Shown piece after piece: positions 48,196-59,247 of a DNA stretch of 64,000 nt. The notes below the pieces were generated by a model. It was not told the DNA's origin and ran no database searches. It worked only from the letters and a program-made list of their open reading frames with translations. Every line of letters begins with the position of its first letter. Within the stretch, counting starts at the first letter, position 1. Made by a program: the position numbers and the translations under genes. Source of the stretch: Monocercomonoides exilis PA203. Its lineage: Eukaryota > Protista > Preaxostyla. The DNA is taken from assembly GCA_001643675.2 (NCBI GenBank), contig LSRY02000008.1, positions 1,178,001 to 1,242,000 on the forward strand, given 5' to 3'.

Positions 48196-50385
48196 TTACT
48201 CACCTTTCTTCCTTTCCTTTTCACAAATAAACCCGATTTTCTTCTCCTCGATAAAACAGGAGATTTCGAGTTTTGCAGCAGTGATGGTGCTTATTTTATG
48301 TGGGTTGCACGGGTTGCAGCAAAACAGAAACAAATTCGCAACGCACCTATGATTTTTTATTCCTCCCTCCAATTTCACATGCGACCAAAAATTCATCTCA
48401 GAATCGCCCTTCCCAAATATACAACCACTCTGCTCCCCTTCTGTTCTCGTGCTCATCATCCCGAACGTCTCTCCTGCCTTCACACTCTTTGCCACAACCA
48501 CCCCATCTCCTTCAGTCAACTTCACATTCGTCACCTTCACATTCGCCAGCACGCTATCTCCTGATGCTGTGGCTGTCAGATACAGTGCAGTTGACGACAA
48601 TGACAACAATGAAGAAGAAGAAGAAGGAGAAGAGAGATCCGGCTCAGAGAACAATGATTTTGAGACATTCATATTTATGATCTCCACATCAACCATCGAC
48701 AGCTGCGACAGCGGCACCACAAACACTGACGACGACATCACATAGTCTCCTGTTTTACTCGTGGTGATCACAACATCCTCCAACGAGAGTGACCCACCTC
48801 CATCAGACACCGCAACTACACTCGGCGAAGAAGGATTTGCATTTGAGTTGCAATCAACCTTCATGTGCAATAAACCAAGTTGGCCTGTTGTCACACTGAA
48901 CAGCGCTCCAGTTGATGAAAGGGCTCCTGTTCCAATCGAACTCTTATCTTTGCCTTTCCCAATAACTGAAATCTTCTTTTCTCCAATATCAACTGTTGTT
49001 GCCTCGCTTGTGTGATTCCCGTCCAGCAGCGTGATTGTCAAGCTAATCTGCACCTCGCACATCTCAAACGCCTTCTTCACCGTCAGACACGGATTTGATT
49101 CATTTGACCCGCACAGCACATGTTCATCATTCCCGCTCTCTGACACGTATACTGTCTTGTCCTTCAACCAATCCTTTTTTTCTGTGTGATAGTACGACCA
49201 ACTACTTCCCGTATAATCATATCCATAACACACTCTCTTGTCATCTGTATTTGTTGTGTAGCATTCATAGAAAGGATTGTTTGAAGACTTAAAAACATTA
49301 TATCGATCATAATATACCATATCATGACCATATGGAGTGGCTGCAGAGCATTTGCATTCGTGAAAGAACAGGAAATAACAATAAATCACATCATTTTGTG
49401 ATGCTTGTCTGTATGGATATAACTCCAATCCTCCGCCTTCTCTTAATGCTGAACATGAAATAAACCGAATGCTCCTCATTTTGAATTGTGTGATTGGAAT
49501 GTTAGCACAACACATACCCCCACCTCCATTGTTTGTTATCGAGCATGAAGTGAAACTGCAGTCAAACACACACGCACTTTTCCCTCCTCCATTTTCTGTC
49601 TCAATGCATTCTTGCCCCGAAACATTAAAATTATCAAGATAAAGTCCTCCTCCAGCATTATTTGCTTTACAATTCTGGAATTCACATCCACTGGTCCGAG
49701 CACACGTCGAAATCAAATAAACGAATACCCCTCCTCCATATCGATTTTGCGCATTACATGAATTGAACGTGTTATTCACAATCTCAACCGATTTAATATT
49801 ATAGCAACTAATACCTCCACCGCACCAATGCGCGACACATTCATTGAATGCACAATGCGAAACTGAAACAGCGGCCAACGATTGACCACACATGAATATC
49901 GCACCACCGTTCGAAGTGCCATCGGAATATACCTCGCCTTTTCCTGTTGTTCTCGATCCATTCCATTCACACCAAGTGAATGAATTAGCTCCATTGAATG
50001 TTTCATTCTGTCTGTCTGGTTTCAATGGTACCTCTGCAGTTCCTTCGCAAACAACATTCCTTGTCCGACAACATCTGACAAACGATGTGTTTGAGGCAGT
50101 CAAGAAAGCCAAGTGGTTATTAAGGGAGGGAACAATTCCGCCATCATATGCATCATTAACAGACAAGAATGAGCAACTATTCATAAAACTTGATGTTTGG
50201 GTTGACGTAATTGTTGGAGATGGGCAATCTGAAGATGCTGTTGAAATATTGAAAAATGTCAAATGAAAGAGGGATATAAAGGGAATGGAAGGTGAAAAGA
50301 AGAATGGGGAAGAAGATGAGAAACGCGATTCATTCACTGAAATTCTTTCTTCAACGCAACCTTCTCTTCTCAACGCCTTTAGCAT
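48196..50385 (-). CDS. Beta-helix family copy 12 (mirror of copy 11)
   Basis: Translation identical to 43257..45446. Confidence 0.72.
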   Translation of the reverse strand: MLKALRREGCVEERISVNESRFSSSSPFFFSPSIPFISLFHLTFFNISTASSDCPSPTITSTQTSSFMNSCSFLSVNDAYDGGIVPSLNNHLAFLTASNTSFVRCCRTRNVVCEGTAEVPLKPDRQNETFNGANSFTWCEWNGSRTTGKGEVYSDGTSNGGAIFMCGQSLAAVSVSHCAFNECVAHWCGGGISCYNIKSVEIVNNTFNSCNAQNRYGGGVFVYLISTCARTSGCEFQNCKANNAGGGLYLDNFNVSGQECIETENGGGKSACVFDCSFTSCSITNNGGGGMCCANIPITQFKMRSIRFISCSALREGGGLELYPYRQASQNDVIYCYFLFFHECKCSAATPYGHDMVYYDRYNVFKSSNNPFYECYTTNTDDKRVCYGYDYTGSSWSYYHTEKKDWLKDKTVYVSESGNDEHVLCGSNESNPCLTVKKAFEMCEVQISLTITLLDGNHTSEATTVDIGEKKISVIGKGKDKSSIGTGALSSTGALFSVTTGQLGLLHMKVDCNSNANPSSPSVVAVSDGGGSLSLEDVVITTSKTGDYVMSSSVFVVPLSQLSMVDVEIINMNVSKSLFSEPDLSSPSSSSSLLSLSSTALYLTATASGDSVLANVKVTNVKLTEGDGVVVAKSVKAGETFGMMSTRTEGEQSGCIFGKGDSEMNFWSHVKLEGGIKNHRCVANLFLFCCNPCNPHKISTITAAKLEISCFIEEKKIGFICEKERKKGE

Positions 50386-53300
50386 AACGCTGCAAAATAT
50401 CTCAATATGATTGTATCATTTTTTCTGCTTCTTCTTCCCCTTCTGATCATCATGGCTTCCACACATCTCTTTTTTTCCTTCTGTTTCCGTTTTCTTCCTT
50501 CTTTCCATATTCCATTCGCATTCATCGCTTTTGAATATTCATGCAAAAGTCCCTATTATCAATTAAAAATATAAAGAAAAAATATAAAAAATACATAAAA
50601 TTGATATTAAAAATATCACAAACCAGTACCTTTTTCTTTTTGCAATCTTCTTCCTTTTCTTCATCTTCATTTCCATCTTGACTTCCTGTCACATTTCTTC
50701 TTCAGCCATTTCCTCAATTTTCCGATTACTCTTTTCCGTCGCTTCCCCTTCTTCTTTTTCAAATCGCCGCACAAATCTTCAAAGGTCTCCTCTTCCATTC
50801 ATTTCATTGATTTCCTCCAGCTCATTCTTCGATATTCTCAAATTTTTGTTATTGCCTGATTTCTCAAAAGCATCCAATATGCTCTTTCCCCCATGTTCAT
50901 TCATTGCCTGAAAATGTCCTTCCATAAATCTTAATCCCTCAAAAAAATAAAAAAAATAAATATGTGAAAAATTTGAGAAAAAAAAATAATACAAAACACA
51001 CTCTAAAAATATATTTATCGCCAATCTTCACACACTTTCTTCTTCTTCTTCGAGTGCCTCTCAAAATATTGTTCTTTTCTGCCAACAAAACTCGCCTTTT
51101 CTGTCTCCGCTGCCAATCTCAACATCAATGAAAGTGATTCTGTTCTGCTTCCAAAAACTTGCTTATTTCCAATTCTCGGCACTGATTCCGCTCGAATAAC
51201 ACACAAACAATAAAAATCCTTCAATAAAATTTTTAATGAAGATGAGGATGATGATGACAGCGATGATGGCAATGACAGAGATGAAGATGATGAAGATGGT
51301 GAACGCGATGTTATTGTCAAGTTTGAATACTATGTATCTTCTGTCAGAAGATATTCTCAGCATCGCAACCTCGTTCTCTGCTCTTGTGAATAACGTTTCA
51401 ATGATAGAAGGCTGAAGACAAAGGTCAAATGACTCAAAGTCCATTTTGCCTGTAATCCACTCCAAGCTTCTTGTATAACGCCAAACTTTCTGATTTTCTC
51501 GTATATTTGGTTCAAAAGCCAAGTAATCAAATCCAGTTCCATCGCTCCCCCCAGCGCGTAAAAGCAATGTCTTGCCATTCCCACCCCAAGAAATGCGCCT
51601 TGTTCTGTCCCAACCAATTTCAATCTCCTGTTTCAGTTATTTGCCCCAATCTCCCCAACAAAAATTTTCTGAAAATATCCCACCCTCATTAAAAAACGCT
51701 CACTTTTCATTGAATTTTGTTATTCTTCCTTTTAGCTTTGAATGTCTTCCAACCCCGTTCATTTCTGCTCCATTAAAATTCATTTTTCATCGCATTTCTA
51801 TCCATCGCGCATGTTGAGTCCAAAATAAGTCACATAAATATTTGTAACAAAATACATTCAGGCTCTAATATATTTGTAAGGTATCATTTGGCTCCCTTCC
51901 TCGCTGTTCTGCTCTGCAAAGAATAGATTGTCCATTTTTTATAAGTTGTCTGAATCACGACTTTGGAGAGGATACGGATGATAACATCTTCACAATCAAT
52001 AGAGCAATAAAAATTGCATACATCGAAAATTCTTCTTTTCCATCGAAAATATTGTTGCTTCACAGCCATTCATCAATCAAAATGAATAATTTCATCTTCC
52101 ATCGAATAAATATTCTTTTGTAATACCCCACATTTTCACTGGAAATATTTCACTTAGTCAACCTGTGCTTGTTTTAGCTTCGGAATCTCACTCCGTTGGC
52201 AGTTTCTGAGCATTTGGCATTTCTTGATCATGTTCCATAACGAATTAGAGCCACAAAAGAAAAGGGGCACAACTCGATGTGTCGTGGCTGAATGGGCATA
52301 TGAAGACAATGCGATTGTAAAAGAATGGATTTATGGTGTGGGGCGATGGAGTTGAGTACTTGAAGGAGGCAGGGTTTAGAGAGGGAATGGAACGATAAAA
52401 GAATGTTTTTTTGGGGGGAGAAAGAGGTGGTTTTGGTGATATTTCAGATGCAAAACGGATGTGCGGGAGATGGATTTGGATGGGATTTTGAGGGGTTGTT
52501 TTTTCGATTTTTGTGAGTTGGAAGGAGTGGAGGTCGTGTTAATTATTTGAGAAAAGGAATTTGATGTGGAGGAGGTGGGATAAGAGGGGAAAACAAGAAG
52601 GGCGGAAGATGAGTGGCGTTAATGAAATATATTTATTGGAGGGGAAGAGAGAGATGGAGAAGAAATGGAAAAGGGATTATTTTTTTTTATGTATCGAGAG
52701 AAGGAGAAGGCATATGGGGCAGGGCAAGAGGGAGAGTATTTGCGAGTGAGTGTTTGATAAGAAGGAAAAGTGGGGTTGAAGAAGAAAAAAAAAAGAAAGA
52801 ATATTTTTTTATCATTTTTTATTTTTTATTGAAAGGACCGTTTGGACGCTCCTCTCATTTGCGGGGCAAGTGTTGGAGGCGGAGGCAGAGGAAGACGGGA
52901 AGAAGGAACATCAGCGCTGGTGCTTTGCATTGGAGGTGTGGAGGCAGAGGAAGATGAAGGGCTGACAATGAGAGGGTGTCTTGCAATGGAAAGAGACAGA
53001 AAAAGGATGGAGGTATTTATTTTTTGATTAGAGAAGGATGATGGGAAAAGGTGTTACAAGGAGTGAAAAAGAAAGGAATTTTGCAATTGTTTATGGAAGA
53101 GATGGAGGATATGTGGTGGAGGGGCGTTGTTGTTGTTTTGGAGGAAACGGAGAGAAGAAGAAGGCGATACAGCGGAAAGGGATGGGAAGGGATTCTTCAG
53201 ATGGAATCTTCTTCATTGTAAGTTTTTTATGGAATGGAGTTTGCGGAGTTGTTCCTCTGAAAGCAGGGCAAGGATTGGAAATAAATTATTTTTTGGAGCA

Positions 53301-53425
53301 GAAAGGAAGCGAAGACGGGGCTGACGGGCTTTGTTGCTGAAAAGAACGATATTTTAAGAAAAAAAGGAAATGAAGAAGAAAGGATGAATTAGAAAAAGTG
53401 TGTGAAGAAAATTCATTATGAAACA

Positions 53426-53551
53426 GTTTGTTATTATTTGTTTTGTTTATTTTAAAAAAAAAATATCTTTCACATTTTTTTTTACAAATTTGTATATTTT
53501 CTTAAATAAAAATTTCATGATATTTTTTATTTGATACATATTTTTATTCAG
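53426..53551 (+). other. Candidate intron (GTTTGT...TTCAG) in the 5' module; homologues on the - strand at ~11355-11477 and ~23577-23700
   Basis: AT-rich 126 nt with GT-AG ends, between more GC-rich exon-like blocks. Confidence 0.45.
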
Positions 53552-54031
53552 AATATTGAGTGAATTGCCGAAAGATGCGCGGAAAGCCATCATATGTTGC
53601 CTGAGGGATGTCGATGGAGCGCAGACTGTTTATTCTTTTAATCCTTGCTTGAAGAATGAGCAGAAGATGGGAAGAAGAGATATTCTATATTTTTTTTTGG
53701 TTGAGGGCTGGATGGAGGAAGAAGGGAAGAGAAGAATGGTGAAAGTGAGGTTGAATGGGCAATGGAAGAGAGTGTGAAAACAACATATTATTTTTTCTTT
53801 ATTTGGAATTGGACATGAAAGGCGAAGGCGTGGTGTGGTGTGGTGCTTGGAGTGGATGATGTTGGGGTGAGAGTTATTTGGAGAGAGGCAAACAGGGGAC
53901 GAGGGGAGCGAAGAGAAATGAAGATTTGTGGAGGTATTTTATTCTTGTTTGTTCATTTTCTTCATGTTTCATTTTTTATTTTTATTTGTATTTGTATTTT
54001 TTTTGATTTGATTGATGTGTGATGCGATCAG

Positions 54032-55732
54032 GTGTTGCCAGAAGCGCTGGGGGAGCATGAAACATGGGACATGGAAACACTACTTTTTTTTTGGGCATTC
54101 CTGGAAGAAATTGGGAGAAAACAGCAGCAGAAGATATTTGGCAGAATGAGCCAGGCAGAAAAAATGGAGCGAACGGGAAAAGGAATTTTTGTGGGATTTT
54201 TTATTTACAAAAATCTTTTCGGAAGCAGCAGCAGAAGAGGCAGAAAAGAGGAACTCAAGCTCAATGGGATATTTTTTGACATGGCACAAAGGATCATGTG
54301 GCAAATAAGTGAAGGGAAAGGAAGAACTTCTGTGAATGAATTTCATTTCTCTTCTTTTTGCCAATTTTTCTCATCACCTTCTATTCCCCTTATATCCCTC
54401 TCCAAATTATCATTTTTCAACATCTCAACAGCAACTTCGACATGCTCGCCTTCAACCACAATGTCAACCCAAACCTCTTGTTTTATGAACAGCTGCTCAT
54501 TTTCTTCTGTTTGCGATGCATATGATGGCGGGATTATTCATTCCCTCAACAACCCCTTGGCTTCCTTGACAGCCTCAAATACATCATTCATCGGGTGTTG
54601 CAGAACAAGAAATGTTGAATATATTGGAACTTCAGGTAATAAGAAACACCCAGAGAGACAAAATGAAACATTCAATGGAACGAATACATTCACTTGGTGC
54701 GAATGGGATGGGTCGAAAACAGCGGGAAAAGGCGATTCATGGGATGATGGTATATCGAGCGGGGGAGCGATATGCATGTTCAATTTAGGAGAAGGAGTAT
54801 TGTCTATTTTGTTTTGCAAGTTCAACAACTGCTATTCCGACGCATATGGGGGAGGTGTATTTTGCCATGCAATCAAGACAATTGTGTGTGAGAACAGCAC
54901 ATTCAGCAGCTGCACAGCACAAGCAAATACAGGTGGCGGAATTCATGCTTATATAATTTCAACGTGTGCTCGGATCAGCGGATGTGAATTCCAGAATTGT
55001 AAAGCAAATAATGGTGGAGGAGGTTTGAGATTAGAAAATTTTCAGGTTTCAGGAACAGGATGCATTGGAACAGAAAGTGGAGGAGGGGAGAGCGCGTGTG
55101 TGTTTGACTGCAGTTTCACTTCGTGTTCAGTGACAAATTCATATGGTGGAGGCATGTATTGCACTAACATTCCAGCTGCATTCAAGATCAAGAATATTAG
55201 ATTTCTTTTTTGCTCTGCTGTTTCATATGGCGGAGGGTTGCGATTATATACAGATAAAACAACAATGCCAATTGATTTGCATTATTGTTATTTTCTTTTT
55301 TTCCACGAATGCAAATGCTCAGCCAATCCTCCACGCGGACATGATATTGCATATGCAGATTATTACAAACATTTTTTGGATTCTGGAAATCCGTTTTTCG
55401 AGTGCTATGCTACAAATGCTGATGATAGGAGATTATTTTATGAATACTATGATGGTACTAATTGGATCCACAAGCACACAGAAAAGTGGGATTGGCTGAA
55501 GGACAAAACGATATATGTTTCTGTTGGTGGAGATGATAATATTGAGTTGTGTGGGATGAATGAAACATATCCGTGTCTGACGGTGAAGAAGGCATTCGAG
55601 ATGTGTAAGATACAAATTAGCTTGGCAATCACGCTGATGGAAGGGAATCACACAAGCGAGACAACAACGATTGAGATTGGGACAAAGAAGATTTCAGTTA
55701 TTGGAATGGGCAAAGAGAAGAAGAAAATCTGA
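54032..55732 (+). CDS. Beta-helix family copy 13
   Basis: 566-codon ORF. Matches copy 10 from LNNPLAS onward except an internal ~60-codon replaced segment; the N-terminus differs. Confidence 0.7.
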   Translation: MLPEALGEHETWDMETLLFFWAFLEEIGRKQQQKIFGRMSQAEKMERTGKGIFVGFFIYKNLFGSSSRRGRKEELKLNGIFFDMAQRIMWQISEGKGRTSVNEFHFSSFCQFFSSPSIPLISLSKLSFFNISTATSTCSPSTTMSTQTSCFMNSCSFSSVCDAYDGGIIHSLNNPLASLTASNTSFIGCCRTRNVEYIGTSGNKKHPERQNETFNGTNTFTWCEWDGSKTAGKGDSWDDGISSGGAICMFNLGEGVLSILFCKFNNCYSDAYGGGVFCHAIKTIVCENSTFSSCTAQANTGGGIHAYIISTCARISGCEFQNCKANNGGGGLRLENFQVSGTGCIGTESGGGESACVFDCSFTSCSVTNSYGGGMYCTNIPAAFKIKNIRFLFCSAVSYGGGLRLYTDKTTMPIDLHYCYFLFFHECKCSANPPRGHDIAYADYYKHFLDSGNPFFECYATNADDRRLFYEYYDGTNWIHKHTEKWDWLKDKTIYVSVGGDDNIELCGMNETYPCLTVKKAFEMCKIQISLAITLMEGNHTSETTTIEIGTKKISVIGMGKEKKKI

Positions 55733-56515
55733 TTGGAGGTGGATTTGTGTTGTTCATCCTTCTCATCTTCTTCATCTTCTTCATCTTCGCATTCTTTGTT
55801 GTCTTTGTTTTTTTCTTTTTCTCTTCCTATTCTTTTTATTAGCAAGACACATTTTCATTGACTTCTTTGCCATATTCTATTTCATTATCATCTAATTCTT
55901 CTTCGCTTTTAAAAAGAAATCCATTGATTTTTTTCATCCTTTTCCTCTTTCTCTTTGCCATCATTAGCCTCATATTTTTTTTTTTTTGTTTTGTTTTATT
56001 CAGGTTTTCGTTCCCTTTCTTTTTCCTCTCCTTCGAAATCTTATTCAGAGATTTGGGATTTTGGAGTTCTTGGAGAAGAAGGAAATGTGAGGATTGGAAA
56101 GAGAAAATATATCAGGAGAAAAGGAAAGGAATGAGATTGACAATGAGATTGGAATCAAAGGCGAAGAAGATGGATGAAGTGGAAGAAAGAATCAATATTA
56201 GAAGAAGAAGAAGAAAGAAAAAGCCAGTGAAGAGGAGCGAATGAAAAAGGCATGAGTTTTTATTTATCATAATAATAGCATCTTATCTTGTAATTTCTTT
56301 TCTTTCTTTTTTTTGTATATATATATTTATTTAAAAGAGAATAGGATTTTAGAAAAGGAGGGGAAGCGACAGAAGAAAGAGCGAAAAGCTGATGAGATGA
56401 CAAAAGAAGGAGTCTGGCAAGAATTTGAGAAAAAAAAGGTATTACTAAGAAAACAGATTGAAAAGGAATGAATGGCGAGGAAATGGAGGAAAAAAGAATT
56501 TGAAGATAGAATGTT

Positions 56516-58357
56516 TTGAGGAGCATTTGCAGAAGAGTGGGAAAAAGGGAAGGGGATGAAAAGTTTGTTGTGGGGATGGGGAGGGAAGATGAGGCAGAGG
56601 CATTTGATGTGAGTGGGAGCATTGGGGTGTTGACAAATATCACATTGAAGGGGTGGGGAAGAGGGGGAGAGATCTATTCAGGCAGGCTGTTTGGAGGGAA
56701 GGGATATGGAGGGGAGAAGGGTGGAGGTGAAGAAAAAGGAGGAGAAGGAGGAGAAATGGGAAGAGGAAGAGAAGGAGAAGGCATTGAAGGGAGTATTTCG
56801 GTGAGCGAATCACACTTCTCTTCTTTTTGCGTCTCATCAGCCCCATTCCTCTCATCCCCTTCAATACCCCTTGTATCCCTCTCCAAATTATCATTTTTCA
56901 ACATTTCAACAGCAACTTCGACATGCTCGCCTTCAACCACAATGTCAACCCAAACCTCTTGTTTTATGAACAGCTGCTCATTTTCTTCTGTTTGTGATGC
57001 ATATGATGGCGGGATTGTTCATTCCCTCAACAATCCCTATGCCTCTCTGACTGCCTCAAACACCTCATTTGTTGGGTGTTGCAGGACAAGAAATGTTGTA
57101 TGTGAAGGAAATGCAGATGGAAAGTTGACTCCAGGGAGACAAAATACAACGGATAATGGAGCAAACTCATTCACTTGGTGTGAATGGAGCGGATCGAAGA
57201 CGACAGGAGAAAGTGACTCTTATACTGATGGAATATCAAGTGGAGGGGCCATCTGCATGTACAATCTCAATTATGGAGAACTTTCTGTTTCGAATTGTCT
57301 GTTTAATAACTGTTTTGCATTCAGTCGCGGAGGTGGGATTATGTGCAATACAATAAAGTCTGTTCATATAGAAAATAATGTGTTCAATGCCTGTACAGCA
57401 CAAAATCAATATGGAGGAGGGTTATACGTTGTAATGATTTCAACATGTGTTCGGATCAGCGGATGTGAATTCCAGGATTGCAAAGCAAGAGAACGTGGAG
57501 GAGGACTTCTTCTTGAAAATTTTCAGGTTTCAGAAACAGGATGCATTCCAACAGAAAATGAGGGAGGGGAGAGTGCGTGTGTGTTTGACTGCTGCTTCAC
57601 TTCATGCTCATTGACAAGCAATGGAGGTGGAGGCATGCGTTGTGTGACTGTTCCAAGTCAGTTCAAAATGAGGAGCATTCAATTTATTTCATGTACAGCA
57701 AATGGATATGGTGGAGGGTTGGAATTGTATCCAAATCGAGCAACAGCGCCAAATGATAAATTTTATTGTTATTTTTTGTTCTTCCATGAATGCAAATGCA
57801 GAACAACCTCCAATCCATATGGGCATGATGTGATGTATTATGATTATTATAATGCCATTTCGACTTCAGATAATCCATTTCATGAATGTTACACAACAAA
57901 CACAGATGACAAGAGAGTATGTTATGGATATAATTACTCGAATGCAGGTGCCTGGACATTTCAGTACACCGAAAAGAAGGAATGGTTGAAAGATAAGACG
58001 ATTTATGTTTCTGTGAATGGAAATGATAATTTTGAGTTGTGCGGGGCAAATGAATCAAATCCGTGTCTGACAGTGAAGAAGGCGTTTGAGATGTGTAAGA
58101 TACAGATAAGCTTGTCAGTCACGCTGATGGAAGGGAATCACACAAGCGAGATAGCAACGATTGAGATTGGGACAAAGAAGATTTCGGTTATTAGGATGGG
58201 CAAAGAGAAGAACCAAATTGGGTTGGAGGTGGATTTGTATTGTTCATCCTTTCTTCATATTTCTTTTCACTTCTTTTTTATTTTTTATAAATTCAAGCTG
58301 AATAACAGAATTTTATTGTTGGAAACACAGAAAATTATTTTAAATGGGTATTTTTGA
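56516..58357 (+). CDS. Beta-helix family copy 14 (mosaic)
   Basis: 613-codon ORF. N-terminus is identical to copy 9; internal blocks are shared with copies 1/4, 2, 6 and 8. Confidence 0.7.
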   Translation: MRSICRRVGKREGDEKFVVGMGREDEAEAFDVSGSIGVLTNITLKGWGRGGEIYSGRLFGGKGYGGEKGGGEEKGGEGGEMGRGREGEGIEGSISVSESHFSSFCVSSAPFLSSPSIPLVSLSKLSFFNISTATSTCSPSTTMSTQTSCFMNSCSFSSVCDAYDGGIVHSLNNPYASLTASNTSFVGCCRTRNVVCEGNADGKLTPGRQNTTDNGANSFTWCEWSGSKTTGESDSYTDGISSGGAICMYNLNYGELSVSNCLFNNCFAFSRGGGIMCNTIKSVHIENNVFNACTAQNQYGGGLYVVMISTCVRISGCEFQDCKARERGGGLLLENFQVSETGCIPTENEGGESACVFDCCFTSCSLTSNGGGGMRCVTVPSQFKMRSIQFISCTANGYGGGLELYPNRATAPNDKFYCYFLFFHECKCRTTSNPYGHDVMYYDYYNAISTSDNPFHECYTTNTDDKRVCYGYNYSNAGAWTFQYTEKKEWLKDKTIYVSVNGNDNFELCGANESNPCLTVKKAFEMCKIQISLSVTLMEGNHTSEIATIEIGTKKISVIRMGKEKNQIGLEVDLYCSSFLHISFHFFFIFYKFKLNNRILLLETQKIILNGYF

Positions 58358-59247
58358 AAACATCATAATTTTTTTTAATGATGGAATTAACATTTGATAT
58401 TCAGTTTGCTAAAAAAATCATTTTTCAAATGAAATTATGAAAATAATAATTGATTTTTTTTTCGAAATCTGTGAGTTCATAATTTTGAGATATTCTATTT
58501 GAATGATAAAACTATATCAAAAATTATATATATATATTTATTTATTTGGCCTCAAATTAATTTTTTTTCTTTTTCATTCAACTCTTTTAACAATGAAAAT
58601 ATAAAAGTCCAAAGATTTGATTTCAAAAATTGTTGTTAAATTTTTTGAGTATTTTTTTTTTTTATTTATTTTTATTTTTTATTTTTTTATTTTTATTTTT
58701 TTATTTATTTATTTTTTATTTGGTTAACAATAACTTTTTTTCAGTAAAAAATGAAAAATGAGATCGTTATTGAAATGATGAGTTATTTTGTGAGGATGTT
58801 TTGAGAATACAGTTTTTTTAACAAATAATAATAATTACAGAAACAAAATATTCGATGAGCTGATTTGAAAATAACATCATGCAATTATATTCGAAATATG
58901 ACATTCAAATTAATTTGGAAATGTTTTTATTTCATAGAAATTTTTGCAAAATTCAATTTCACAATTGGGATTACATTTTTTGCTTTATGAATTTTGTTCC
59001 ATTCTTAATATTCGGACCAATTAATCATTTTTTTTATTATTCTGTATATTTTTGACATGGAAATGAAAGACTGACAATGAAAAAGTTAAAGAAAAAGTCT
59101 GGAATAAATCGTTGTTTTTTTCACAAAAGCTGGAATTTTGTCCCAATTTTCATCAAAAAACATTTATTAGAATTATTCAAATTTCAAAAAGAAAAACACA
59201 TATTCCGTTTTTTTTCTTTGCAGCAGGTTTTTTTTTTTTTTTAATGG

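Larger units (their letters stand above)
35686..58357. repeat. Palindrome P3: ~11 kb arms around a 64-bp spacer (46788-46851); near-identical 41.2-46.8 / 46.9-52.5 kb and 36.9-39.4 / 54.5-57.0 kb, diverged elsewhere
   Basis: Mirrored ORFs 43257..45446 / 48196..50385, 41575..41760 / 51884..52069 and 37286..37669 / 56260..56643. Centre reads gaatatgaacttat / ataagttcatattc. Confidence 0.93.

Noticed and set aside
1-58357. Diversity-generating retroelement or CRISPR-like array as the cause of variation
   Set aside because: No reverse transcriptase or cas-like ORF, no adenine-specific TR/VR pattern and no repeat-spacer periodicity. Variation comes in shared blocks.
1-58357. Palindromes as pure assembly or MDA artefacts
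   Set aside because: Not fully excluded, but clustered arm differences, kb-scale replaced zones and reuse of one core with different flanks argue against simple fold-back chimeras.
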